DNA from: an uncultured Pseudomonadales bacterium
GTDB taxonomy: Bacteria > Patescibacteriota > Microgenomatia > UBA1400 > PJMF01
DNA length: 64,000 nt
Assembly (NCBI GenBank): GCA_964447075.1
Contig: CAYUQY010000003.1
Location: 7,463 to 71,462 of the forward strand
Direction: 5' to 3'
Shown here: positions 1 to 8,355 of the stretch, piece by piece
How positions within the stretch are numbered: position 1 is the stretch's first letter
How the letters are laid out: every line of letters starts with the position of its first letter
The notes under the pieces: generated by a model
Told to the model about the DNA's origin: nothing
Database searches by the model: none
The model's input: only the letters and a program-made list of their open reading frames with translations
Made by a program: the position numbers and the translations under genes

Positions 1-81
1 GTCTTCTGACATATTTTGTTCCTTTATAAATTAATAATTTGTATTTTGAATATCTTTTCTTTAAAAATCTTGTTGTCTCAA

Positions 82-585
82 TTACTTCTTATCTACCATA
101 GCCTGTAAGGCATAAACTAGCTTCTGTGTGCCGCCATTGAGAGTGCGCAGTAGACTTGTCGTCTGACCATTGAGCATCATAGCCACTTTGGAGAGCAGCT
201 CAAACTTGCTTGGGAGTTTACTGAGCTCTTCTACTTGGGCTGGGGTCAGAACTCGATCTTCTAAATAGCCTTGTTTGATTATCAGTTTTTCTGACTTCTT
301 GTGAAACTCAAAAACGGCTTTGATTGGGCTAACTGGATCTGAGTAGGCAAAAACTGCTGCAGTCATACCTTGGAGACTCTCACTTAGCTTTCCTTTACCT
401 AGAGCAAGATCAAGAAGTGTGTTTTTGGCTACCAAAACTTCACCTCCGGCTTCTCTGACTCTGTTGCGAAGGGTGGTTTGATCTTTAACGCTAGTTTTAG
501 CGTAGTCCACGATGATGATGCTACTTGATTTGGCTACTTTACTCTTAAGATCTTCAAGTTGGGTAACATTTTGGTTGCTAGGCAT
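82..585 (-). CDS. rplJ: 50S ribosomal protein L10
   Basis: Translation matches the L10 family throughout. Start moved to the internal ATG at 583-585 (MPSNQ...), which is preceded by GGAG. It is the last gene of the secE-nusG-rplK-rplA-rplJ order. Confidence 0.85.
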   Translation of the reverse strand: MPSNQNVTQLEDLKSKVAKSSSIIIVDYAKTSVKDQTTLRNRVREAGGEVLVAKNTLLDLALGKGKLSESLQGMTAAVFAYSDPVSPIKAVFEFHKKSEKLIIKQGYLEDRVLTPAQVEELSKLPSKFELLSKVAMMLNGQTTSLLRTLNGGTQKLVYALQAMVDKK

Positions 586-624
586 AAAATTCTCCGGGTG
601 TGTTGCCCAAGAAGCGCAACACAA

Positions 625-759
625 AAACGCTACATTTTAATAAATTTAAATCTTACCTGTCCAAAAAGGGAGAGCTGATTGAGATAAATATCTCAAAATC
701 AAAGATTGCTCCTCGGCGCTGTTTAGGCGCTGTCTTTGGACGACGGCTATTATAACAGA
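625..759 (-). promoter_or_regulatory. putative L10 leader / rplJ 5' UTR
   Basis: This is the 135-bp untranslated gap between rplA and rplJ. The L10(L12)4 autoregulatory leader sits at this position in other bacteria. No structure was verified here. Confidence 0.25.
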
Positions 760-1473
760 TTATTTTTCTATCGTGACCTTGACACCTGGACTCATGCTAC
801 TGGCTAGGGTTATTTTCAGAACTTTGCCAGTCAGAGCTTTGATCAAGGTTGCCAAGTTTGCTGAGAGTTTAGTCTCATCCATCGAGACTTTTCCCAAAGT
901 GACATGCATTAGGGGAGCTTTCTTCTCTGTTTTGAGAGTCAGCATGCCACCTTCGAGTCTTTTCTTAACTGTCTCAGGATCCTTAGTGATAGTGCCGTTC
1001 TTTGGGTTGGGCATCAAACCTTTTGGTCCCAAGATAGGAGCAAACTTTGCTAGTTTAGGCATGTATTCAGGTGAGGTAACCAAGATGTCAAACTCTAGTG
1101 TGCCTGCAGCAATTTTTTCTAGGAGTGCGTCGCTAGCGATAGCTACCCGGACTGTCTGGCCCGTAGAGTGGGGGAAGGTAATAGAAGTCGTTGTGCCTGC
1201 TTCTCTGACAACTACATGGGCAGTTATGGTGCCGTCAAAAGAACTATAGGACAGCTTCTTGATAAGTTCGATTGCTTCGTGAGGTGTATATGTCTTAGTG
1301 CGGTCGATCTTGGAGCGAACAGAGTGATACTTGAGACTGCGAACTCGGCCTTTTTTGGGAGTTGCTGCCACGGTTACTTCTGCATCGGCTGAAACACTGA
1401 CTTCAGGAGCAGCTACTATTTTGACCTCGTCTTTGTTCTCTGGAGTGTCTTTAGAATTTTTTCGAGCTCCCAT
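760..1473 (-). CDS. rplA: 50S ribosomal protein L1
   Basis: Full-length L1-like translation. ATG at 1471-1473 is preceded by AGGAGGAGAAAGG. Confidence 0.9.
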   Translation of the reverse strand: MGARKNSKDTPENKDEVKIVAAPEVSVSADAEVTVAATPKKGRVRSLKYHSVRSKIDRTKTYTPHEAIELIKKLSYSSFDGTITAHVVVREAGTTTSITFPHSTGQTVRVAIASDALLEKIAAGTLEFDILVTSPEYMPKLAKFAPILGPKGLMPNPKNGTITKDPETVKKRLEGGMLTLKTEKKAPLMHVTLGKVSMDETKLSANLATLIKALTGKVLKITLASSMSPGVKVTIEK

Positions 1474-1552
1474 ATGTGCCTTTCTCCTCCTGAGCGATCT
1501 TTGGGATAAAGCGCACAGTTTAGCGGAAAATATTTATTTTAATAAACTCAAA

Positions 1553-1975
1553 CTACTCTGTATCGATACCCATACTACGGGCACTGCCCTTGACTGAACG
1601 CATGGCAGCATCAAGATCTGTGGTGTTGAGATCTGGAAGCTTGTCAGTCGCAATTTGTTTGACTTGAGCTGCAGATAGTTTGCCTGCTTTTTTGCCACCT
1701 GGAGTAGCGCTGCCAGCTTTGATTTTCAAGGCTTGCATGATCATGGCTGAGACAGGAGGAAGTTTGAGAACAAAAGTAAAAGATCGATCTTCAAACACTG
1801 TAATCTCGGCAGGAATAATCTGACCTTTTTTGTCTTGAGTTTTGGCGTTGTACTGCTTGAGAAACTCCATCATGTTGATTCCAGATTGTCCCAGAATAGG
1901 TCCAACTGGAGGAGCAGGTGTAGCACTACCTGCTGGTAGATTGAGTTTTAGAACTGCTTTAATTTTTTTTGCCAT
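1553..1975 (-). CDS. rplK: 50S ribosomal protein L11
   Basis: MAKKIKAVLKLNLPAGSATPAPPVGPILGQSGIN... is the canonical L11 N-terminus. ATG at 1973-1975. Confidence 0.9.
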   Translation of the reverse strand: MAKKIKAVLKLNLPAGSATPAPPVGPILGQSGINMMEFLKQYNAKTQDKKGQIIPAEITVFEDRSFTFVLKLPPVSAMIMQALKIKAGSATPGGKKAGKLSAAQVKQIATDKLPDLNTTDLDAAMRSVKGSARSMGIDTE

Positions 1976-2004
1976 ATATTTTACTTTCTAACTTGAAGCT
2001 GCAG

Positions 2005-2637
2005 CTATACTTTCTGAATCTGTAAAAAGTCTAGCTCAACTGGTGTTTCTCGACCGAAAATACTTACTAGGACCTCGACTTTGCCTTTTTCTTCGTTGAT
2101 AGACTTGACTGTACCCAAGAAGTCTAAGAATGGTCCATCGATGATCTTGACGGCTTCGCCTTCAGTAAAGTCTGCCTTGTATTGAGGAGTACCTAGATTC
2201 ATGTACTTCTGGATAGCCTGAACTTCGTGCTTAGGTAGGGGAGTTGGTTTGTTGCCGATGCCGACGAAGCCAGTAACCCCCTGAGTGGTGCGCACGGCTA
2301 GCCAAGCGTCGTCAGATAACTCGAGCTTAACAAGCATGTAGCCAGGAAAAATTTTCTCGTTGATAGTCTTTCTTTGACCTCTCTTGATCATGATGCGCTC
2401 TTGAACTGGGATCAAGACTTCCAAGATTTTATCCTCTAGGTTGAGTGTCTGAGTTCTCTGCTTGAGAGTCTCGGCAACTTTGTTCTCATGTCCTGAGTAG
2501 GTGTGAACCACATACCATCTGGCTTTTTTGTTCTCTACTTGAGAGATAAACAAGTGATGTGGTGTAGAAATTTTGACCTCTTGTACCTCTGGTACTTCTG
2601 GAATTTCAGTGATGGTGTTGTCGTTGGTTGTGTTCAT
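2005..2637 (-). CDS. nusG: transcription termination/antitermination factor NusG
   Basis: NGN domain (ARWYVVHTYSGHENKV) plus a C-terminal KOW (GEAVKIIDGPFLDFLGTVKSI). Located between secE and rplK. Confidence 0.85.
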   Translation of the reverse strand: MNTTNDNTITEIPEVPEVQEVKISTPHHLFISQVENKKARWYVVHTYSGHENKVAETLKQRTQTLNLEDKILEVLIPVQERIMIKRGQRKTINEKIFPGYMLVKLELSDDAWLAVRTTQGVTGFVGIGNKPTPLPKHEVQAIQKYMNLGTPQYKADFTEGEAVKIIDGPFLDFLGTVKSINEEKGKVEVLVSIFGRETPVELDFLQIQKV

Positions 2638-2689
2638 TGTTTCAATTTTTTCTACTGACAGAGCTTCCTGTTCAAAGTTGCTCAGGGTG

Positions 2690-2896
2690 TTATTGTATCA
2701 AAAGAGCTATCAATCTGTTGAGGATAAAATCGTAAAATCCGATCACTCCCCCAACAATCAGGCAAGCAACGATCACAGTTGTTGTTTTTTTGATCGTCTC
2801 TTTTTTAGAAGGCCAAGTTACTTTTTTTGCCTCATCCTGAACGCTCTTGAGATATAAAGCGAGCGTGGTGAAAGGTGTCAGCAAAGACATACGCAT
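2690..2896 (-). CDS. secE: preprotein translocase subunit SecE
   Basis: 68-aa protein with a single C-terminal TM helix (VIVACLIVGGVIGFY), immediately upstream of nusG. Confidence 0.7.
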   Translation of the reverse strand: MRMSLLTPFTTLALYLKSVQDEAKKVTWPSKKETIKKTTTVIVACLIVGGVIGFYDFILNRLIALLIQ

Positions 2897-3053
2897 GAGA
2901 TTTTACTTCAAAGAAGAGGTATTGTATCAGGTGTTTGGAAAAATGTTCTAAGTAATAGCTTTTAGAGAGGCTTGATGTTGCTACTGAATCTTATTTGATG
3001 ACGGTCTAGTTCGTCTAGTGAGCTACTACAGCTGATAAGCGTTCTAGGGCAGT

Positions 3054-5720
3054 TTAGCGAACAGATTTGTAAGAATCTTTTTGTTGCATCTGGGTAATCA
3101 TGGTGGGTGGAGCAGATGTAGCTTGGGACAAGGGCCGACCTACTGGAGGAGCTTGTGTTTGTTGTTGACGAAGAGCTTGAATGCGTGACTCAAGGCTTTT
3201 TTCATAGGAGTTGGGAACACCTGAGACACCTCCAGAACTACGGACTTGAGATTGATAACTAGGTTCTGATCTGTGGAAGAGAGCTATCAAGATGCCTACG
3301 ATAAGCAGTCCCAGTCCTACGATTAGGGCCAGGAGAGGAATAGATAGACCTCTCTGTTGTAGTCCAAACATAATGTCATCAAGCGCTGAGCGGCTAACTG
3401 GTGATGGTGATGGCAGTAAGCTAGAAATAGGTTTGAGAGATGGTGAAGGTGAAGCACTTGGTGAAGGACTTGAGACACAGTAGCCTTCAGCTGGGGTTGG
3501 TAGCTTACATGGCTTCGGTAAGTCCAGACATGTGGGTCTTACTCTACATGACTCTGGAGATGGTGATGCTTCTGTTAGTTCTTCTACTTCAGTACCTTTG
3601 GTATCTAGCTCCTCTGTAAACTCATTGTCGATGTAGATAATCTTGTATGGTCGGCAAGTATTGCTAGTAGGATTAGAAATGTGTCGACAGATGCCATCAA
3701 AGCAGCGTAGAGATGATCCACACTGAGAGTTACTACTACAGGCTCTGTTGCAGTTCAGTCTGATTGTGTTTTGAATAATTTCTGTAGGAGCTACACAAGA
3801 AGTACTGTCGATGTTATCTGGTCGACGACAGCGGTTGTACCAGCATGAGAAACCTGTACTGCACTCACTTGCATCTGCGCAGTACTCGTTACAAGACCTG
3901 TTGATGCCATCGTCTATTGGAGCACTACAAGTTGGGGATGAGACGTTGGTAGCTAGACGGCACTGATTGCCAAAGCAGCGTAAGTTGGAAGCACAGTCGT
4001 TATTGGTAGAGCAGGAGTTGTTGCAGCCTTGGATAGGGTTAGGCGTCGTTCCACTACATCTAGGGATGTTGAAAGCAATTGAGCCGGTGTGTGTCTGGCC
4101 GTTGTAAAGTCTGACATAGTAGTTGGTGTCTGGGTTGATACCAGAGAGAGATGAGCCATTGACGCTAAAGCCAGAGAAAATATTTGTTTGGGTGCTACCA
4201 GAGACATTCTTGTTGGAGAAGCCTGAGAAAGTAGAGTTGTTGCTGACATCTACCCAAGTGATGTTGGACATGTTCCAGGTTGCTCTGGCGACATCCCCTG
4301 TTGAGTGATCACTTAAACAGCTTACAAGTGGGTAGACTTGGAAGGTGTTGACAGGCAGCTCACATAATGGGAAACCTATAGAGACTGTCCCACTGTGAGT
4401 TTGACCATTGTAGGTGCGGAGATAGTAAGTTGTACCTGGTGTAATCAGAGTGACGGCTGTGCGACTGAAGCCTTCCAAGTTCTGTGTCAAGTTGACGAAG
4501 TTGGTACCTCCCACATATCGGTTGGAGAAGGTGTTGAAGTTAGGATCAGTACTGATGTCGACCCAAGTAGTACTACTGCCTGTCCAGTTTAGTCGTGTTA
4601 TGGTGGCGCCGGAGACTTGACCAGTGACACAGCTTGTACTCTGTGAAAAAGTAGGTAATGGGCAACTACCGCAGTCTTTGGTCTGGTTGCAGGCAGTTGT
4701 GACACCGCAGCGGTTGACGCAGTAGTTTTCTACCATCCAAGGGGGGTCACAGACAATTATTGGGCTGGCGCTAGGTGAGGCCGAAGGACTGGCAGATGGT
4801 GAAGCGCTAGGAGAGGCCGAAGGACTTGCAGATGGCGAGGCCGAAGGACTGGCGCTGGGGCTGGCAGAAGGACTTGCTGATGGCGAAGCACTTGGTGAGG
4901 CAGAAGGACTTGCACTGGGGCTGGCGCTAGGTGAGGCCGAAGGACTGGCAGATGGTGAAGCGCTAGGAGAGGCCGAAGGACTTGCGCTAGGACTCGCAGA
5001 TGGGTCAATTGATGGGCTGGCACTAGGACTCGCAGATGGATCGATAGAAGGACTTGCAGAAGGACTGGCGCTGGGGGATCCGCTTGGAGGTAAATTTAAG
5101 ACATAAAAATCTATAGGATCCATGAGCATGAGTTGATCATTTGGAGGTAGACTTCCAGCAATAGTAGCTCTAGATAGAGTGTTGTCAAAGGTGAAGGTGA
5201 TAGTTCCTACACTTTGTGGCGTGAAAGTTAGATTTAGGAAAATTTCATTTGCTACGAATGGCTCAGCGATTTCTTTGATAGCTAAAAACTGAACTCTGTA
5301 GCCATTGGCTATCGTAGTTACATTGGCACCTGCTATTTGATAACCATTGACTGTGACTGCTTGAATTATTGGTGAAGTGAATTGGGATGCCGAAGTTATG
5401 GTGAAGTCGAGCTGGACACCATCGATGTTAGCTCCTTGGGTGTTGACTGAGAAGGCTATGTTGCTGGACTCATTGAGATATAGCTCGTTACCTGGGTAAG
5501 GACCTGACGGAGCGACAATCACAGTGCCACCTCGCACCGCAGCCTGCTTGCGCAGGTCTTGGTTTTCATCGAGTCTTGATTGAGAGATAACTGCGAAAAG
5601 GCCTATAAAAGCTATCAGAGAAAATACTGCGAGTGGTAAAAAGATGGGTAGCTTGGCAGAAGTTACCATTTTCTTAAAGTAAGATTTAAACTGTGTAGTG
5701 TTGCTAGATCCAAGCGACAT
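3054..5720 (-). CDS. large cysteine-rich cell-surface protein
   Basis: 888 aa with an N-terminal signal-anchor TM and a C-terminal TM followed by a cytoplasmic tail. It carries a long (SASP)n tract and repeated FN3-like segments (YYLRTYNGQTHSG / YYVRLYNGQTHTG). Three ~35-aa six-Cys modules are present (e.g. C..CNNSCSTNNDCASNLRCFGNQCR). Confidence 0.7.
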   Translation of the reverse strand: MSLGSSNTTQFKSYFKKMVTSAKLPIFLPLAVFSLIAFIGLFAVISQSRLDENQDLRKQAAVRGGTVIVAPSGPYPGNELYLNESSNIAFSVNTQGANIDGVQLDFTITSASQFTSPIIQAVTVNGYQIAGANVTTIANGYRVQFLAIKEIAEPFVANEIFLNLTFTPQSVGTITFTFDNTLSRATIAGSLPPNDQLMLMDPIDFYVLNLPPSGSPSASPSASPSIDPSASPSASPSIDPSASPSASPSASPSASPSASPSASPSASPSASPSASPSASPSASPSASPSASPSASPSASPSASPSASPSASPSASPSASPIIVCDPPWMVENYCVNRCGVTTACNQTKDCGSCPLPTFSQSTSCVTGQVSGATITRLNWTGSSTTWVDISTDPNFNTFSNRYVGGTNFVNLTQNLEGFSRTAVTLITPGTTYYLRTYNGQTHSGTVSIGFPLCELPVNTFQVYPLVSCLSDHSTGDVARATWNMSNITWVDVSNNSTFSGFSNKNVSGSTQTNIFSGFSVNGSSLSGINPDTNYYVRLYNGQTHTGSIAFNIPRCSGTTPNPIQGCNNSCSTNNDCASNLRCFGNQCRLATNVSSPTCSAPIDDGINRSCNEYCADASECSTGFSCWYNRCRRPDNIDSTSCVAPTEIIQNTIRLNCNRACSSNSQCGSSLRCFDGICRHISNPTSNTCRPYKIIYIDNEFTEELDTKGTEVEELTEASPSPESCRVRPTCLDLPKPCKLPTPAEGYCVSSPSPSASPSPSLKPISSLLPSPSPVSRSALDDIMFGLQQRGLSIPLLALIVGLGLLIVGILIALFHRSEPSYQSQVRSSGGVSGVPNSYEKSLESRIQALRQQQTQAPPVGRPLSQATSAPPTMITQMQQKDSYKSVR
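4750..5095. repeat. coding tandem repeat (Ser-Ala-Ser-Pro)n, ~12-bp unit
   Basis: Imperfect 12-nt periodic tandem repeat inside the 3054..5720 ORF, translating to SASPSASP..SIDP. It also produces spurious antisense ORFs. Confidence 0.8.
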
Positions 5721-5789
5721 AAGTATTTTTTTGAGTTAAGTTATTGATTTATTGGTTAATTTAGTGGAATAGCTTCTATAAATAAATCA

Positions 5790-6656
5790 TCAGAAAGTCA
5801 AAGAATAATCAAGTATGTCAACATATCCGTCATTATTCAAGTCAGAGATTGAGTTTGGAGAAGTCGAGAAAAGAGAGTTGGCTAGTATGGTGTAGTCTAC
5901 AAGATTTGCAGAGCCATCAAAGTTGAGATCTGATCTCACAATGCAGACTTTGGGAACATTGTTGGGTGGCTGATAACATCTTTCTTTGGGAAAAGTAGAG
6001 GAGCAGTCACTAGTAGTTTGACAGGCTGGGAAAAGCTCCATGCTGTTACCAGCATCAGCCTTTTCTGGAATACTGAAGCTGATTTGACGTGGAAAAAACC
6101 CCCGAGAAGCAAACTGATTGCGTGTGTCTCGTAGAGTGCCCATGTTTGATGCTTTACTGGCAAAACGAAAGATGGTTCCGTCAAGAGTTGGAGGAACTTG
6201 CTCTGGAGGCTCTGCCCCGCAAAAGATAGGTTCAACAGTTTGGTTTTCGCTGACAGAAAAAGCAAACATTTTACCTAGATATACAGCTGAAGCCAATCCT
6301 GTAGAGCTGTCATTGACGTCGACATTGTACCAATCAGAGTTAGGTAAACAGCTGCTCAATGGAGTAGAGCCTGTATTGATGTAGACGTCGACTCTTTTTC
6401 CCAGGGAGTTCTGATCTTGCCTAAACCAGCCGTTGGCCTCTATGACATCTGTAACAGGTGATGGAGTTGGCGAGGCACATACGTCACATCCGCAGGGATC
6501 GACGACGATAGGGCATTCACCAATATTTACTGTAGGGCAAACTACATCAGGACAGATAATTGCTTGAGCAGAAGAGCTTGTTAAGAAAAAACAGAGTAGA
6601 AAGCTAGCTAAAAAAGCAGTAGTTCTAACAATGGCCCTGTCTGCAGATAAGCTCAT
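5790..6656 (-). CDS. secreted protein with C-terminal dockerin-like domain
   Basis: Signal peptide, then a Cys-rich N-terminus (IICPDVVCPTVNIGECPIVVDPCGCDVC). The C-terminus has two Ca-binding-loop motifs, DLNFDGSANLVD and DLNNDGYVDILD, matching the dockerin D-x-N-x-D-G-x-x-N/D-x-x-D pattern. Confidence 0.6.
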   Translation of the reverse strand: MSLSADRAIVRTTAFLASFLLCFFLTSSSAQAIICPDVVCPTVNIGECPIVVDPCGCDVCASPTPSPVTDVIEANGWFRQDQNSLGKRVDVYINTGSTPLSSCLPNSDWYNVDVNDSSTGLASAVYLGKMFAFSVSENQTVEPIFCGAEPPEQVPPTLDGTIFRFASKASNMGTLRDTRNQFASRGFFPRQISFSIPEKADAGNSMELFPACQTTSDCSSTFPKERCYQPPNNVPKVCIVRSDLNFDGSANLVDYTILANSLFSTSPNSISDLNNDGYVDILDYSLTF

Positions 6657-6715
6657 GGCTTAACTTTAGCACCTAATTTGACATGGATGCAAGGGTGGGA
6701 TTATCATCAGAGACT

Positions 6716-7600
6716 ATGAACAAACGCGTACGCAAAGCAATTATCACTGATGCTGGTTTTGCTAGTAGATATCTCCCGATCACCAAGACAGTGCCCAAGT
6801 CGATGTTGCCTTTTGGTAACAAGCCAATCATGCAGTTTATAGTTGAAGAGTGTGTAGAAGCTGGTATAGAGGAAATAATTCTTGTGGCCACACCCGAAGG
6901 AAAGCCAATTTATGATGACTACTTCAACAACTCGGTCAATCGTATTCGCAAGCAGCTTTCAGAACAGGGCAAGGAAGAACGCTACGAGCCTGTCCAGCAC
7001 GTCCTGAACTTTCCCAAGATAATTGTGGTCGTTCAAGACCCAAGCCTACCTTATGGCAATGGTTCACCAGTGGCATCGGCAGCCAAATTTGTAGAAGGCG
7101 AAGAAGCTTTTCTAGTGATGTACAGTGATGATGTTGTTTTCGGCTCGCCTGGAGACGCCAAAGTCATGGTGGATTTATACGAACAAAACCCAACTGTCGA
7201 AGGAATTATCATGGCTCAGGAAGTGAGTGCAAGCGACGTGGACAAGTACGGCATTATTAGTTTTAAAGAAGGTACGACCAATCAGCTTGAAAATATTATA
7301 GAAAAGCCTGATAAAGGCTCGCAACCTTCACTTCTAGCATCCTACGGCAGATATCTACTCAAACCATCAGTATTTGAGTTCTTAACACCCTCAAACACGG
7401 GCAAAGATAAAGAATTATGGACAGTTGATGCAGTAACGCTACTTGCTAAAAGCCACCCTATTCTGGTAGAACATACTAAAGGTAGATGGATGACTACAGG
7501 TGACCCAGAAAACTACTTCAAAGCTCACATGAATTTTGTTCTGAAGCATGAGAAGTATGGTGCACAACTAGAGTTGTGGATGAAAGAGTTTGCTCTTTAA
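6716..7600 (+). CDS. galU: UTP--glucose-1-phosphate uridylyltransferase
   Basis: N-terminus KAIITDAGFASRYLPITKTVPKSMLPFGNKPIMQFIVEE matches the GalU nucleotidyltransferase signature. Start taken at ATG 6716 (MNKRV). Confidence 0.8.
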   Translation: MNKRVRKAIITDAGFASRYLPITKTVPKSMLPFGNKPIMQFIVEECVEAGIEEIILVATPEGKPIYDDYFNNSVNRIRKQLSEQGKEERYEPVQHVLNFPKIIVVVQDPSLPYGNGSPVASAAKFVEGEEAFLVMYSDDVVFGSPGDAKVMVDLYEQNPTVEGIIMAQEVSASDVDKYGIISFKEGTTNQLENIIEKPDKGSQPSLLASYGRYLLKPSVFEFLTPSNTGKDKELWTVDAVTLLAKSHPILVEHTKGRWMTTGDPENYFKAHMNFVLKHEKYGAQLELWMKEFAL

Positions 7601-7981
7601 CACTCATAAATTATTCAAGCGCTTCACTTTTTTTGTGTGGGATCCTAAGAATTTCCTCGATAAGTTTCTTATATGGGTTTTTGGAGTGTCTGCTGCACCC
7701 GTGGGTGTGGAAGCATCCTACCCACTTTTCTCTCAAGGGGAATAGAGGATCCCACGCATAAGGAGTGATACTTTGATAGCTGGTAGTTATAAATTTCCCA
7801 AATATTTCGATTGTTTAGCTTTCTACTGTGCTACAATTCGGCCTTACTTGTTGGCTTATTTTTCGTGTTGCGATGATAGCTGAAGTTTGATCTTGTAGCT
7901 TGGGTTGGTAGACAGTCACTACTGCGAGTAGCTTGGCCATCTAGATAGGCCAAGTGAAGTTTGTAAGATAATTTGGTGAAT

Positions 7982-8057
7982 GCCCTTGTAGCTCAGCTGG
8001 TAGAGCGCAGTCTTGGTAAGACTGAGGCCTCGGGTTCGAATCCCGACGGGGGCTCCA
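7982..8057 (+). tRNA. tRNA-Thr (anticodon GGU)
   Basis: Hand-folded cloverleaf: acceptor GCCCTTG/CGGGGGC, anticodon stem CAGTC/GACTG with loop TTGGTAA, T-arm TCGGG-TTCGAAT-CCCGA. CCA is encoded. Confidence 0.85.
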
Positions 8058-8058
8058 T

Positions 8059-8141
8059 GCCAGGTTACCCAAGTGGTCAAAGGGGGCAGACTGTAAATCT
8101 GCTGGGTCACACCTTCGAAGGTCCGAATCCTTCACCTGGCA
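8059..8141 (+). tRNA. tRNA-Tyr (anticodon GUA), type II with long variable arm
   Basis: Acceptor GCCAGGT/ACCTGGC, anticodon stem GCAGA/TCTGC with loop CTGTAAA, T-arm GAAGG-TCCGAAT-CCTTC, 14-nt variable arm. Confidence 0.85.
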
Positions 8142-8355
8142 CATCTGCTAGCGCTAGCTAGCTTTAGGCATAAATTCCAACTTGAAATTTTTTTTATAGA
8201 ACAAGCGGCTTAGAGCTGAAAGATCTCTAAATATGTCGCTTTGGATTGATCAACCAGATAGAAGTTGGCAAAAAACCAACGCGAAATGTCGCTTAACCAA
8301 ATGTGCTTGATTTCTGCAACTTAACTGTTAGAGTATGCTTTCTGCCTAAATAATT

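Noticed and set aside
773-1597. Plus-strand ORFs 773-1249, 1168-1392 and 1331-1597 opposite rplA/rplK
   Set aside because: They are antisense to highly conserved ribosomal protein genes, with no RBS and no family resemblance.
3292-5023. Antisense and alternate-frame ORFs inside the giant surface-protein gene (3292-3483, 3953-4249, 4123-4308, 4395-4592, 4757-5023)
   Set aside because: They are generated by the low-complexity (SASP)n and Cys-rich repeats. Their translations are Pro/Leu/His-rich with no starts or RBS. The 888-aa frame is clearly the real one.
4750-5095. Possible CRISPR-like periodic repeat
   Set aside because: The unit is ~12 nt with no spacers and lies in frame inside a long ORF, encoding SASP. 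It is a coding microsatellite, not a CRISPR array. No cas genes are in the window.
7637-7761. SRP (4.5S) RNA hypothesis for the inverted-repeat region
   Set aside because: A GGAAGCA string is present, but I could not fold the conserved helix-8 tetraloop and symmetric loop. It is left as an unassigned structured region pending a covariance-model scan.
7919-8161. Three track ORFs (7919-8110 minus, 7941-8144 minus, 7973-8161 plus) of 61-67 aa
   Set aside because: They lie entirely over the tRNA-Thr(GGU) and tRNA-Tyr genes on both strands, so they are six-frame artefacts. The same applies to 9742-9993, which lies over tRNA-Thr(UGU).
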